Shown here: one piece after another, positions 18,293 through 30,429 of the stretch
Layout of the letters: every line of letters starts with the position of its first letter
How positions within the stretch are numbered: the first letter of the stretch is position 1
Source of the DNA: an uncultured Gemmatimonadales bacterium
GTDB taxonomy: Bacteria; Gemmatimonadota; Gemmatimonadetes; Longimicrobiales; Longimicrobiaceae
Assembly (NCBI GenBank): GCA_963716255.1
Contig: OY970303.1
Span: forward strand, 1,632,001-1,696,000
Direction: 5' to 3'
Length of the DNA stretch: 64,000 nucleotides
The notes under the pieces: model-generated
What the model was told of the DNA's origin: nothing
The model's database searches: none
Seen by the model: the letters and a program-made list of their open reading frames with translations, nothing else
Translations under genes and position numbers: made by a program

Positions 18293-18898
18293 ATGCTCCC
18301 CGTGGACGTCGCGGAGGAGCCGGCCCCCTCCCTCGCGGACTACGCGAGCATCCCCATCGCCTTCCAGGTGCGGTCCGTCCTGGACGTCGCGGACGCCGCC
18401 GACGGTCCCGGCGGATGGGTGCTGACCGAGCGAGCGCTGGACACGCCCTACCTCAAGGACTACGACGCCCTCCCCGGCGAGCACCCCACCGGGTGGCCGG
18501 GCCGGTTCGACGTGTCGGGCTGGGGGTGGCTCGCGGCGCGGGTGGAGGGCCGGCGGGCGGGCGGGGCCGCGGTGGCCTTCCGCACGCCGGGGCTGCCGAT
18601 GCTGGAGGGCCGCGGCGACCTGGCCGCGCTGTGGGACATCCGGGTCGCGCCGGAGGCACGCGGCCGGGGGGTGGGAGGGGCGCTCTTCCGCGCGGCGGAG
18701 GCGTGGGCCCGGGCGAGGGGGTGCCGGCAGCTCCGGGTGGAGACGCAGAACGTCAACGTGCCGGCTTGCAGATTCTACGCGCGGCAGGGGTGCGTGCTGG
18801 CGTCGGTGGATCGCTCCGCCTATCCGGGGCTCCCGGACGAGATGCAGCTCGTCTGGCACAAGGCTCTCGCCGCGACTCCAGAAGAGCGCGAGCCGTGA
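18293..18898 (+). CDS. GNAT family N-acetyltransferase
   Basis: LWDIRVAPEARGRGVG, ETQNVNVPACRFY. Confidence 0.85.
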   Translation: MLPVDVAEEPAPSLADYASIPIAFQVRSVLDVADAADGPGGWVLTERALDTPYLKDYDALPGEHPTGWPGRFDVSGWGWLAARVEGRRAGGAAVAFRTPGLPMLEGRGDLAALWDIRVAPEARGRGVGGALFRAAEAWARARGCRQLRVETQNVNVPACRFYARQGCVLASVDRSAYPGLPDEMQLVWHKALAATPEEREP

Positions 18899-18929
18899 CG
18901 ATCGCTCCTGCCGTTCCGGCGACGACCCG

Positions 18930-20309
18930 CTACACCCGTCGCTGCCGCCCCGCCAGGACGCGCGCGAACGAGCGCCCCCGCAGCTCGTCCGCCGTCAGCC
19001 CCGTCCCCTCCAGCACCTCCGCCTCGTCGAAGGCGCCGCAGCCAACGCCGCGCAGGAAGTAGTTGAGCAGCGCCTGGCCGGCGTGCGGGTCGTCGAAGGC
19101 ATCGCCCGCCTGCGCCGCCTTCGCCAGGAAGCCGCGGAGGCGCCGGGCCGCCGCGTCCCGCCCGGCGAAAAAGAAGGCGAACACGGCGGCGTAGCGCGTG
19201 GGGAGCTGCGCCGGGTGCAGGTCCCACCCCTGGTAGAAGCCGTGGACCAGCGAGTGCCGCACGTCGTCGAAGTGCATGCGCCAGGCGCGGTGCACGGCGG
19301 CGCGGTTCTCCCGCTCCTCCGCCTCGGTGGGTGAAGCGCCCTCGTGCACCGGGACGGGGAGGGTCGCCGTGGACCCGTCCGACAGCCAGATCCCCGTCCC
19401 CGCGAGCGCCACCTGCATGGCGTGCCGCGCGAAGTCGCACGCCGGGTGGCGCATTCCCTGGAGCGCCGCCGTGATCCCCACCCCCGACGTGTAGTCGTAG
19501 GTGCCGAAGTGCGCCGCCACCAGCCGCCCCCGCGCCGCGTCCACGAAGCCGGGGAGCGGCGTCCGCCCGTCCGCCCCGATCACCGCCTGCGGCACCTCCA
19601 CCATCAGCTCGAAGCGCAGCGTCCCCGCCGCCAGGGCGAGCCGCGCCTCCAGCATCTCCAGCACGTCCGCGAAGTACGCCGCCTGCTCCGGCACGGTGAC
19701 CTTGGGCACCGTCAGCAGGAGCCCCGGCGGCAGCCGCCCGCCCGCGGCGTCCAGCAGCCGGCCGAGGAACAGGTCCAGCGTGCGGACGCTGCGGCGGCGC
19801 GTCTCCTCGCCGAGCGCCTTGAGCCGCAGCCCCACGTACGCCGGCAGCGTCCCCGCTTCCATCCCCCGCGCCATCTCGTCCGCCACGGCGAGCGCCGCCG
19901 CGTCCTCCTCGGCGTCCGGCCGAGTGCCGTAGCCGTCCTCGAAGTCCACGCGGAAGTCCTCCACCGGCTCCCGCTCCAGCCGGTCCACCACACGCGCGTA
20001 CAGCGCCTCGGCCGCGCCGTCCGCCGGGATCCCCAGCGCGCCGGCGAACCCGGCCGCCGTGGGCGCGTACCGCCGCAGCGCCCCGAGCGCTTCCCTGCCG
20101 TGCTCGGCCGCGGCGTCGTGCCGGAAGTGCTGGGCGCCCGCGTACACCGTGTGCACCGGCTGCCGCAGCGCCGACTCGCCCGGGTAGCGCGCCGCGAACG
20201 CCAGGTTCGCCGGCCGCAGCCGCGCCGCGGCCTCTTCCAGCGCGGCGTCGTCAAGCGACCGCACCGCGTCCATCCCCGCGCTCCCGCGATCCCCGGGCGG
20301 CATCGTCAT
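18930..20309 (-). CDS. HpcH/CitE (malate synthase-like TIM barrel) family protein, DUF6986-like
   Basis: RQPVHTVYAGA, EDFRVDFEDGYG, PKV, HFGTYDY, LSDGST, GFYQGWDLHPAQL. ATGA-coupled to the deaminase. Start could alternatively be 20303 or 20273. Confidence 0.75.
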   Translation of the reverse strand: MTMPPGDRGSAGMDAVRSLDDAALEEAAARLRPANLAFAARYPGESALRQPVHTVYAGAQHFRHDAAAEHGREALGALRRYAPTAAGFAGALGIPADGAAEALYARVVDRLEREPVEDFRVDFEDGYGTRPDAEEDAAALAVADEMARGMEAGTLPAYVGLRLKALGEETRRRSVRTLDLFLGRLLDAAGGRLPPGLLLTVPKVTVPEQAAYFADVLEMLEARLALAAGTLRFELMVEVPQAVIGADGRTPLPGFVDAARGRLVAAHFGTYDYTSGVGITAALQGMRHPACDFARHAMQVALAGTGIWLSDGSTATLPVPVHEGASPTEAEERENRAAVHRAWRMHFDDVRHSLVHGFYQGWDLHPAQLPTRYAAVFAFFFAGRDAAARRLRGFLAKAAQAGDAFDDPHAGQALLNYFLRGVGCGAFDEAEVLEGTGLTADELRGRSFARVLAGRQRRV

Positions 20310-20875
20310 CCGTTGTAGATGATCCCCTTCTTCGCGCGGTACATCTCCAGCACCGCGTTGGCCTCGTCGCGCAGCACGCCGTGGACGATGCGGATGCCTC
20401 GCGCCTCCAGGTACTCGTGCGACTCGGGGAAGACGGGGCCCTCCTCGAAGTTGAGCCGCCGCGCGTCGTCGCGGTGCGCCCCGCACACCACCCGCCGCAC
20501 CCCGCTCCACAGCGTCGCCCCAAGGCACATGGCGCACGGCTCGCACGACGTCACCAGCTCGTACGCCGGCCCGTCCGGCGAGCGCAGCGAAAAGCTCCCC
20601 AGCCGCGCCTGCGCCATCATGATGGCCACCATCTCGCCGTGCAGCGTGCAGTTGTTGAGGCGCACCACGCTGTTCATCCCCACCGCCAGGGGGACGCCGC
20701 TCTCCGCCTGGAACACCACCGCGCCGAAGGGCCCGCCCGTGCCGCGCGCCACGTTCTCGCGCGACAGGTCGATGGCCAGCCGCATCCGGTCCTCGTCGGA
20801 GGCGTAGCCGCGGTCCCACTCGACCAGGGGCTCCACCCAGTCGGGGTAGTCGATGTGGAGGGGCGGGAAGCGCAT
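20306..20875 (-). CDS. Zn-dependent nucleoside/nucleobase deaminase (GuaD-type guanine deaminase candidate)
   Basis: GGPFGA, HGE, SCEPCAMC motifs. Divergent from the xanthine dehydrogenase genes. Confidence 0.85.
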   Translation of the reverse strand: MRFPPLHIDYPDWVEPLVEWDRGYASDEDRMRLAIDLSRENVARGTGGPFGAVVFQAESGVPLAVGMNSVVRLNNCTLHGEMVAIMMAQARLGSFSLRSPDGPAYELVTSCEPCAMCLGATLWSGVRRVVCGAHRDDARRLNFEEGPVFPESHEYLEARGIRIVHGVLRDEANAVLEMYRAKKGIIYNG

Positions 20876-21049
20876 GGCGGGGGCTCCGGGGCGGGTCGGG
20901 GACGGGGATCGGCCGGGCGACCGTACCATAGCCGCCCGGCCCGCGCGCGACAAGCGGCGCCGCCGCCGATTGCGCTCCACCGAAAAACGCTTATTCCTTC
21001 TGAAGCCCCCGAGGCGCCTCCCCTCCCCCACCCCATTACCCGGGCCCGC

Positions 21050-23570
<2,521 letters not shown>

Positions 23571-23574
<4 letters not shown>

Positions 23575-24398
23575 GGACCGCGACCACCACGCTGGACCTG
23601 CGCGAGCCGCGGACGCTGGACGAAGCCCTCGCGATCCTCCGCGACGACGGCCCGCGCGTGCCGCTGGCCGGGTGCACGGACGTGTTCGTGACGCTGCACT
23701 TCGGCACGCAGCCGGCGCGGCGCTTCCTCAACCTGTGGCCGCTGGACGAGCTGCGCGGCATCTCCACCCCGGGGGACGGCGGCACCCTCCGCATGGGGGC
23801 GCTGACGACGTACACGGAGCTGGTCCGCTCGGAGGCGGTGAACGCGTGGCTCCCGGCGCTCGTGGCGGCCTCGCGCGAGGTGGGCGGCGCGCAGATCCAG
23901 AACCGCGGCACGCTGGCCGGCAACATCGCCAACGGCTCCCCCGCGGCGGACACGCTCCCGGTGCTGGCGGTGGCGGAGGCGGTGGTGGTGCTGCGCAGCG
24001 CGGACGCGGAGCGGCGGGTGCCGGTGGGGGAGCTGTACACCGGCTACAGGGCCACGGTGATCCGGCCGGACGAGCTGATCGTGGCGGTGGAGGTGCCGCG
24101 GGTGCCGGGGACGCAGTGGTTCCGCAAGGTGGGGACGCGGGCGGCGCAGGCCATCAGCAAGGTGGTGATGGCGGGGGTGCGGGGCCCGGAGCCGCGGGTG
24201 GCGTTCGGGAGCGTGGCGGCCACGGTCGTGCGAGTGCCGGAGACGGAGCGGTGCCTGGCTGCGGGCGGGTCCATGGAGGAGGCGCAGCGGGTGCTGGCGG
24301 GCGAGATCCGGCCCATCGACGATGTGCGCTCCACGGCGGCGTACCGGCTGCGGGTGGCGGGGAACCTGCTGCGCCAGTGGTGGGAGGAGACGGGCTGA
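23571..24398 (+). CDS. Xanthine dehydrogenase family FAD-binding subunit
   Basis: LAGCTD, QIQNRGTLAGNIANGSPAAD, PIDDVRSTAAYR. Confidence 0.92.
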
Positions 24399-24555
24399 GG
24401 CTGGCCCGGTCTCGGGATGATCGCGGATGCAACGAGGCCCCGCGGCGTGAGCTGCGGGGCCTCTGCTTTCCGAAACGACTCGGCCGGCGAAGCGGCGGAG
24501 CCGCCCGCGGGGGCCGCCATCCACTGCCATGAACGACTGATGGAGGTGACAACGG

Positions 24556-26517
24556 ATGTCGAAGCTGTCCAGCGACCCGCTTCTCAAGCAGGCCATGTTC
24601 GAGGTCTACGGGGGCGCCTGCGGGTATACCCGCGAGCCGCTCAACGAGGACGATTTCGTGCTGGACCACGTCGTTCCGGAGCACGTGGGCAGGAGCGAAG
24701 CGAGACGGGAAAGCGTGCTGCCCCGCTACGGCCTGTCTCCCGACTTCGTGATCGACCACGTGCGCAACCTCGTCCCGACCACGCATACGCTGAACCTCGC
24801 AAAACTGGGAAAGACCGACCGGAAGCACGGGGTCCGACGCCGGGACCCGCGTCTGAAGCGGCACACGTGGACGCCGAGCTGGGAAACCGACGCGGAGTCG
24901 ATGATCCGGCTCGGCCTGGACCAGGCGGACCGACACTACGACCGGGTGATCGCCCGGTGGCAGGAACTGAAGCGCGAGCACGGCGCGATCGCGGCCTACG
25001 AGACGCTGCCTTTCACGGCGAGACACCGGCGGCGGCTCGCGGACGAGGCCAGCGGGATCCGCGGCTTCGGCCCCCGACGGACCACGCTCTCGCTCGGACG
25101 CTACACGTCGGTGGAGCCCTGGGTCCGGCTCGACGTTGAACTGCCGCGGTGGCCCGACTGGGGAGGATCGGCTCTCCTCACGCTCACCGGCGCCACCATC
25201 GGCGAGGGGTTGATCTTCCTCGACCACCGTGCCGTCGTGCGGTACATCCTGCGGGGTGCCGGGATCGCGGCCGCGGACCGAGCATTCACCCCGTATTCGA
25301 ACATGGGGCTCGCGCCCGGCGGGAAAGCGGCAGCCCCACCCGAGACCAACGGCTACTGGGTGCACTTCGGGAACGTGAGCCTCGTGATCACGAGCGAGGA
25401 GCTGGGCCAGCTCTGCGCCAACGCCGACAACGCCGCCCCCGTGTACGTGAAGGCGATGCGGAGCCTGGAGCAGGATCGATTCCGCAGCGACGGATTCAGC
25501 CCGGGAAGGAAGGGCTACCGGCTCGCCAGGATGTGCGCGGCTGTCTGGCGCGAGATCCAGGCCTTTGCGCGTGACCAGGATCCGGCGGCGGCCGGGCTCA
25601 CGGCGCCGGGTGGCGTGTTCGAGACCCCCGCGGCGGGGATCGACATCCATGAGCCCGACCAGTACGGGCTCGTGCAGCGGGCGCGCTTCCGGGCCGAGCT
25701 GGACGATGAGCTCGCCGACGCCGTCGACGTCGATCCCTCAGAGGCGTCGGTGTGGGTGTGCTGGCTCCCCGGCGAGCGCAGAAGCTGGGCCGGAGAGCCG
25801 TTCAGCGACGGCCGCGTCTGGGATGCCCCGCGCTCACAGGAGTTTCTGGGGCGGCTGATCGAAGCCGCGCGGCGTCCCGGCCCGGTCTCGAGGGAGAGGG
25901 AAGGCGGAAGGAGCGGCGGCCTGGCCGGGCGCGTCTGGGGACGGCTCGGTGGCCAGGGCCGCACGGCGCCTCCGCGCGAGCCCGAAAGCATTCCGGTGGG
26001 CTTTGCCGGCGTCGAGATGGCCGCGCGGAACACGGTGGTCTCCACCCTGCCCGACCCGGCAGCCTGCACCGACCAGCAGGGAGTCAGCCGGTTTCTCGGG
26101 GCCGTGGAGAGCGGGTATACCCCAGCGATCGCGCCGACGAGCGTCCCGGCGCATCCGTTCACCCATTTGTGTGACTTCGGGATGTGGTGGATCGCAAACG
26201 CCGACATCCCGGAGCCGGCGCTCAACAGCGCCCGCCACGCGCTGGCTGACCGGTTGTCAGGGTCCACGGGGCTCACCGACGCCCTGGCGGCACGCTCCAG
26301 GGCATGGGGCGCTCACGGTGCGACCGCCACCACCCGCGCGGTTCAGAACGCCGTCCATGCCGTGCGGACCCTGTTGGCCGAAGGAAGGCCACGCGTCCGG
26401 GAGCACGCCCTGCTGCTTGCCGCGCGGAAGTACCTGGCGCCGGTGCATGATGCACTCTTGGAGCGTGCCTGGGTTTCCCGGCTCGGGGCGGTCGATTGGG
26501 ACGCCTGGCGCGACTGA
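24556..26517 (+). CDS. HNH endonuclease-domain protein with long uncharacterised C-terminus
   Basis: YGGACGYTREPL...LDHVVP...NLVPT...NLAK HNH-type signature. Codon usage is less GC3-biased than its neighbours. Confidence 0.65.
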   Translation: MSKLSSDPLLKQAMFEVYGGACGYTREPLNEDDFVLDHVVPEHVGRSEARRESVLPRYGLSPDFVIDHVRNLVPTTHTLNLAKLGKTDRKHGVRRRDPRLKRHTWTPSWETDAESMIRLGLDQADRHYDRVIARWQELKREHGAIAAYETLPFTARHRRRLADEASGIRGFGPRRTTLSLGRYTSVEPWVRLDVELPRWPDWGGSALLTLTGATIGEGLIFLDHRAVVRYILRGAGIAAADRAFTPYSNMGLAPGGKAAAPPETNGYWVHFGNVSLVITSEELGQLCANADNAAPVYVKAMRSLEQDRFRSDGFSPGRKGYRLARMCAAVWREIQAFARDQDPAAAGLTAPGGVFETPAAGIDIHEPDQYGLVQRARFRAELDDELADAVDVDPSEASVWVCWLPGERRSWAGEPFSDGRVWDAPRSQEFLGRLIEAARRPGPVSREREGGRSGGLAGRVWGRLGGQGRTAPPREPESIPVGFAGVEMAARNTVVSTLPDPAACTDQQGVSRFLGAVESGYTPAIAPTSVPAHPFTHLCDFGMWWIANADIPEPALNSARHALADRLSGSTGLTDALAARSRAWGAHGATATTRAVQNAVHAVRTLLAEGRPRVREHALLLAARKYLAPVHDALLERAWVSRLGAVDWDAWRD

Positions 26518-26557
26518 CGCGGCGGGGGCGCGGCGACGTGGAGTCCTCGAAGAGCCG

Positions 26558-27853
26558 TCAGAGCCAGCGCTCCAGCCAATCGAACGCCTCGTCCTGCATG
26601 GCGGGGCGAAACGAGTGCGGCTCGTCGTGGAAGACGCCGCAGAAGCGCTCCGGAACGCCCGCCTTCGCGTAGATCGCCGCCAGCCTGTCGACGGCGCCGC
26701 GCATCCCCGCCATGGGAAAGAGCGTGTCGCGTGCACACTGCTGCACCAGGAGCGCGCCCGGGGCCAGCAGCGCCGCCGCGTCCGGAAGGTCCAGCGAGGC
26801 GCGCAGTCCCGGCGTGTACGCCATCCAGGTGTGCCGGCGCGCGTGCCCGGGCACCATCGCACCCATCTCCGTCATCCACGCGACCACGACCGCCGCCCGG
26901 ATGCGCGCGTCCGCCGCGGCGAGGAGCGCGGAGCGCAGCCCGCCGCCGGACAGACCGATGCACCCGATGCGGCCGGGATCGACGTCGGGGCGGGTGAGCA
27001 GGTAGTCGACGGTGCGCCGGTCGTCCCAGGCGAGCAGCCCGGGCCAGGTGGCGCCCGCGGCGAGGAGCGTCTTCGCCATCACCGCCTCGAACGCGCCCGC
27101 GACGCGGTTCTCGGCGGCGTTCCGCTCCGCCGAGCCGGCCGCGAGCGTGGGGAGCGAGCGGAGCGCGTCGCGCCCGTCGGCGGGGACGGCCTCGGGGGGG
27201 ACGGTCTCCGGGCGCAGCCGCCGCTCGCCGAAGTAGAACGCGTCGATGGCGACGACCACGAAGCCCCGCCGCGCCAGCAGCTCCGCATAAGGGCTGCCGT
27301 AGAGCCGGTCGCGGTACGCGGCCAGGACGGGCGGGTCGTCGCGGGAGGAGACGAGCTTGCGGGCGCCCCAGGCGTACTGGCCGCCGTGGCAGTGGAGCGC
27401 GACCACGGCGGGGCATCGGCCGCGCCGCCCGGTGGGGACCAGCACGAGGGCGGGGATTTCATACGCCGGCGTGGCGCGGATGCGCACCGTCTCCACGGTG
27501 AAGCCGTCGCGCGCTTCGCGGCCCACGACCTCACCGCGGACGGGGAGCGATGCCGGGTCGAAGGCGAGGTGGCGGTGGAGGGCGGGGCGCGCGGCGGCCT
27601 TCCACTCCTCCAGCGACTTCCAGCGGGGGTCCAGGAAGGAAAGGGAAGGCGCGCTCTCCCGCGCGACCCAGTCGACCGTCGGCGACAGGTTCCCGGTGTC
27701 GGGGGCCGCGGCGGAGACCGGATCGGGCGCGGATACAGGCGCGGCGTCCGCTGGGGACGGACGCCAGCCGAGGAGGTCGAGCGGGATGGGGAGCGCGAGC
27801 GCGCCGAGGGCGCCGAGCGCCTGGCGGCGGCTGATGGGGCCGGGCACGCTCAC
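26558..27853 (-). CDS. Tat-exported alpha/beta hydrolase (dienelactone hydrolase/esterase-like)
   Basis: SRRQAL twin-arginine signal, HCHGG, GLSGGG nucleophile elbow, C-terminal HSF. Start codon uncertain. Confidence 0.8.
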   Translation of the reverse strand: MSVPGPISRRQALGALGALALPIPLDLLGWRPSPADAAPVSAPDPVSAAAPDTGNLSPTVDWVARESAPSLSFLDPRWKSLEEWKAAARPALHRHLAFDPASLPVRGEVVGREARDGFTVETVRIRATPAYEIPALVLVPTGRRGRCPAVVALHCHGGQYAWGARKLVSSRDDPPVLAAYRDRLYGSPYAELLARRGFVVVAIDAFYFGERRLRPETVPPEAVPADGRDALRSLPTLAAGSAERNAAENRVAGAFEAVMAKTLLAAGATWPGLLAWDDRRTVDYLLTRPDVDPGRIGCIGLSGGGLRSALLAAADARIRAAVVVAWMTEMGAMVPGHARRHTWMAYTPGLRASLDLPDAAALLAPGALLVQQCARDTLFPMAGMRGAVDRLAAIYAKAGVPERFCGVFHDEPHSFRPAMQDEAFDWLERWL

Positions 27854-27935
27854 CGCGGCGGCACGAAGTGCTGCGGCGCGGCGGCCGGGGCGAGCCGGAG
27901 GAGCCCGGCGGGGAGGCGCGGCACCGCGGCCCACT

Positions 27936-29147
27936 TCACCTGGCCGACAGCGGGGCGCCGCCGCGCAGCACGGTGACCTTCACCGGGTTGGCGAGGCGCG
28001 CGCCGAACGCGTCCGCCGCGCGCCACCAGTCCTCCACCGTGGCGAAGTCGCCGCTGGCCGTCCACCCGGCGCCCACGTACTGCACGGCGGGGACGCCGGG
28101 CCGGGCGCTGGAGATGGCGAGGTAGTGGTCGGCGGTCTCGCGCGACTCGACCAGGCGCGACTTCTCCACCAGCACCACGGTGCCGAGATTGCCGTGCCCG
28201 CCATTCTTGCGCTCCACGGGGCCCCAGGTGCTCACCCACGCCCACGGCCCGGCCTGGCTGGAGGAGCCCACCAGCCCGGCGCGCTTCACCGTGCCCACGG
28301 CGTAGGGGATTTCGGCGGCGCCGGGGGCGTGGTAGGTGATCTCCTGGCGGAAGAAGTTCTGCCCGGCGTCTATGCTGATGCGCTTGGTCTCGGACACCTG
28401 CATGCCGCCTGCGTCCCAGGGCTCGTACTCGAGCTGGAACACGGCGCGGATGGGACCGGTGGCGAGGATGCGGTGCGACCTGAAGTTGCGGGCGCGGTGC
28501 AGCCGCCCGCCGCGCCACACGGCGCTCCCGCCGGCCCCCAGCGTGGTCCCCACGGAGTAGAAGTCGGCGCCCTCGCCGGTGTCCACGTGGTAGGCGTCGT
28601 GCCCCTTGGCGTACCACCGCTCGACGATGAGCTCGCGGGTGCGCTTTGGCCACACGTCGATGCCGCTGCTCACCAGCGGCTCGTACTCGGAGGCCTGCCA
28701 CAGCCCCTGCCCGTAGATGCGGAAGCCGATGCGGTCGCTCTCCCACGCCACGTCGTCGCGGTGGGCGTCGTGGCGCGCGTGCACGCGCGCCTTGGGTGCG
28801 GCGGCCGGCGCGGCCGCCTCCACCACGAACTCCCGCACCTCGCCTGGCCGGAAGCCGCTCAGGAAGAGGAGCTCGTCCACGCCGCCGTCGCCGTCGGCGT
28901 CCAGCGGCTGCGACACCGCTTCCACACCGGTGCCGGCGTCGACGACGCGCACGCGGTCGGCACGAAGGCCCGGCAGCCCCTGCCGTAGCGCCGCCCACGA
29001 CACGGACAGCGTCTCGTCCGGCCGGTCGGCGGCGAGCGGGTTCTCGGCGCGCACGGTGACGCGCTGGGCGGCGAGCGGCGAGACGAGCACTGCGCCCGCG
29101 AGGAGCGCGGCGGCGGCGGAGCGGCGGAATGAGAAACACATCGGCAT
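27936..29147 (-). CDS. DUF4861-like secreted protein (pectin-locus associated)
   Basis: Signal peptide, DDVAWESDRIGFRIYG, SSGIDVWPKRT, YHVDTGEGADFYSVG. Confidence 0.75.
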   Translation of the reverse strand: MPMCFSFRRSAAAALLAGAVLVSPLAAQRVTVRAENPLAADRPDETLSVSWAALRQGLPGLRADRVRVVDAGTGVEAVSQPLDADGDGGVDELLFLSGFRPGEVREFVVEAAAPAAAPKARVHARHDAHRDDVAWESDRIGFRIYGQGLWQASEYEPLVSSGIDVWPKRTRELIVERWYAKGHDAYHVDTGEGADFYSVGTTLGAGGSAVWRGGRLHRARNFRSHRILATGPIRAVFQLEYEPWDAGGMQVSETKRISIDAGQNFFRQEITYHAPGAAEIPYAVGTVKRAGLVGSSSQAGPWAWVSTWGPVERKNGGHGNLGTVVLVEKSRLVESRETADHYLAISSARPGVPAVQYVGAGWTASGDFATVEDWWRAADAFGARLANPVKVTVLRGGAPLSAR

Positions 29148-29176
29148 GCCGTTGTTGGTGTTGGCGGCGGCGGCGG

Positions 29177-29549
29177 CCCCCTCCCCAACCCCTCCCCCGC
29201 AAGCAGGGGAGGGGCTTTTCTCGTGCTTGGAACAGGTGGGGAGCTGGCGTCGGCAAGGGCGCCCCCACCCGGCTCGCTTCAGGCTCGCCACCCTCCCCCG
29301 ATTCTGGGGGAGGGCTTCCCGCACCGCGGGCTTTCGTTGTTCTCCCCCTTTCCCCCGCTTGCGGGGGAGAGGGGGCCGCGGGGTGAGGGGGCCCACACTC
29401 GCGGACGCCAGCGCGAAACCCGCGTGAGGGATTTCGGCCCGAAGGGGCGAGACCGCGCGCTGTTTGCGCGGGCTCGACTCCGTTACGCAGCGTTGTTTGC
29501 TGCGTTACGGAGCCGAAGCCCGACCCCGGCGCCAGCCGGGGGCACGCCC
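29177..29549 (-). repeat. Composite intergenic repeat copy 4 (B', C, reverse B, reverse A at 29421-29549)
   Basis: The same modules in a longer array between kduI and the DUF4861-like gene. Confidence 0.9.
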
Positions 29550-29581
29550 GAACCCGCCGTTCAAAGCCGTTCCGTACCGGC

Positions 29582-30406
29582 TCAGAGCAGCCTGCCCATG
29601 GCAACCCCCTGCATGTCGGCGAACTCCTGGTTCTCGCCGCCCATGGCCCAGCAGAACGTGTAGCTGCGCGTGCCGACCCCGGAGTGGATGGACCACCCCG
29701 GCGACAGCGCCACCTCGCCGTCCCGCACCACCAGGTGCCGCGTATGGTCCGGCTCGCCCATCATGTGGAAGACGACGGCGTCCGCGGCCAGGTCGAAGTA
29801 CAGGTAGACCTCGGTGCGGCGGGCGTGGGTGTGCGCCGGCATGGTGTTCCAGACGCTCCCTTCCAGCAGCTCCGTGATCCCCATCACCAGCTGGGCGGTG
29901 GGCACGCCCTCGGGGTGGAAGTAGCGGTACAGCCGCCGTCGGTTGGCGTGCTCGGCGGAGCCCAGCTCGGCCACCTGCACGTCGCCCCGGCGCACGTGCG
30001 CGGTGGGGAAGCCGGCGTGCGCGGGGTAGCTGACCAGGTAGAAGCGCGCGGGATCGGCCGGGTCGTCGCTGTGGAAGGCGACCTCGCGGGTGCCGCGGCC
30101 CAGGTACAGACCGTCGCGGTTGGCCATGGCGTGCTCGGCGGCGTCCGCGACGACGCGCCCCGCCCCGCCCACGTTGAGCACACCCGCCTCGCGCCGCTCC
30201 AGGAAGTAGTCGGCGGCCATGGCCTCGGGCGCGTCCAGCCGGACGGCTTCGCCCAGCGGGACGATGCCGCCCAGCACCACGCGGTCCAGGTCCACGAACC
30301 GCAGCGTCGCCGCCCCGGGCGCGAACAGCCCCTGGAGGAGGAAGCGGTCGCGCAGCTCCGCGGTGTCCATGCGGCGGGTCTCGCCGGGTCCAGGCAGGTA
30401 GTGCAT
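29582..30406 (-). CDS. kduI: 5-dehydro-4-deoxy-D-glucuronate isomerase
   Basis: FLERREAG, WNTMPAHTHARRTEVYLYF, SPGWSIHSGVGT, WAMGGENQ. Confidence 0.95.
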   Translation of the reverse strand: MHYLPGPGETRRMDTAELRDRFLLQGLFAPGAATLRFVDLDRVVLGGIVPLGEAVRLDAPEAMAADYFLERREAGVLNVGGAGRVVADAAEHAMANRDGLYLGRGTREVAFHSDDPADPARFYLVSYPAHAGFPTAHVRRGDVQVAELGSAEHANRRRLYRYFHPEGVPTAQLVMGITELLEGSVWNTMPAHTHARRTEVYLYFDLAADAVVFHMMGEPDHTRHLVVRDGEVALSPGWSIHSGVGTRSYTFCWAMGGENQEFADMQGVAMGRLL

Positions 30407-30429
30407 CGTGCTCGCTCCGGGTTCGGATT

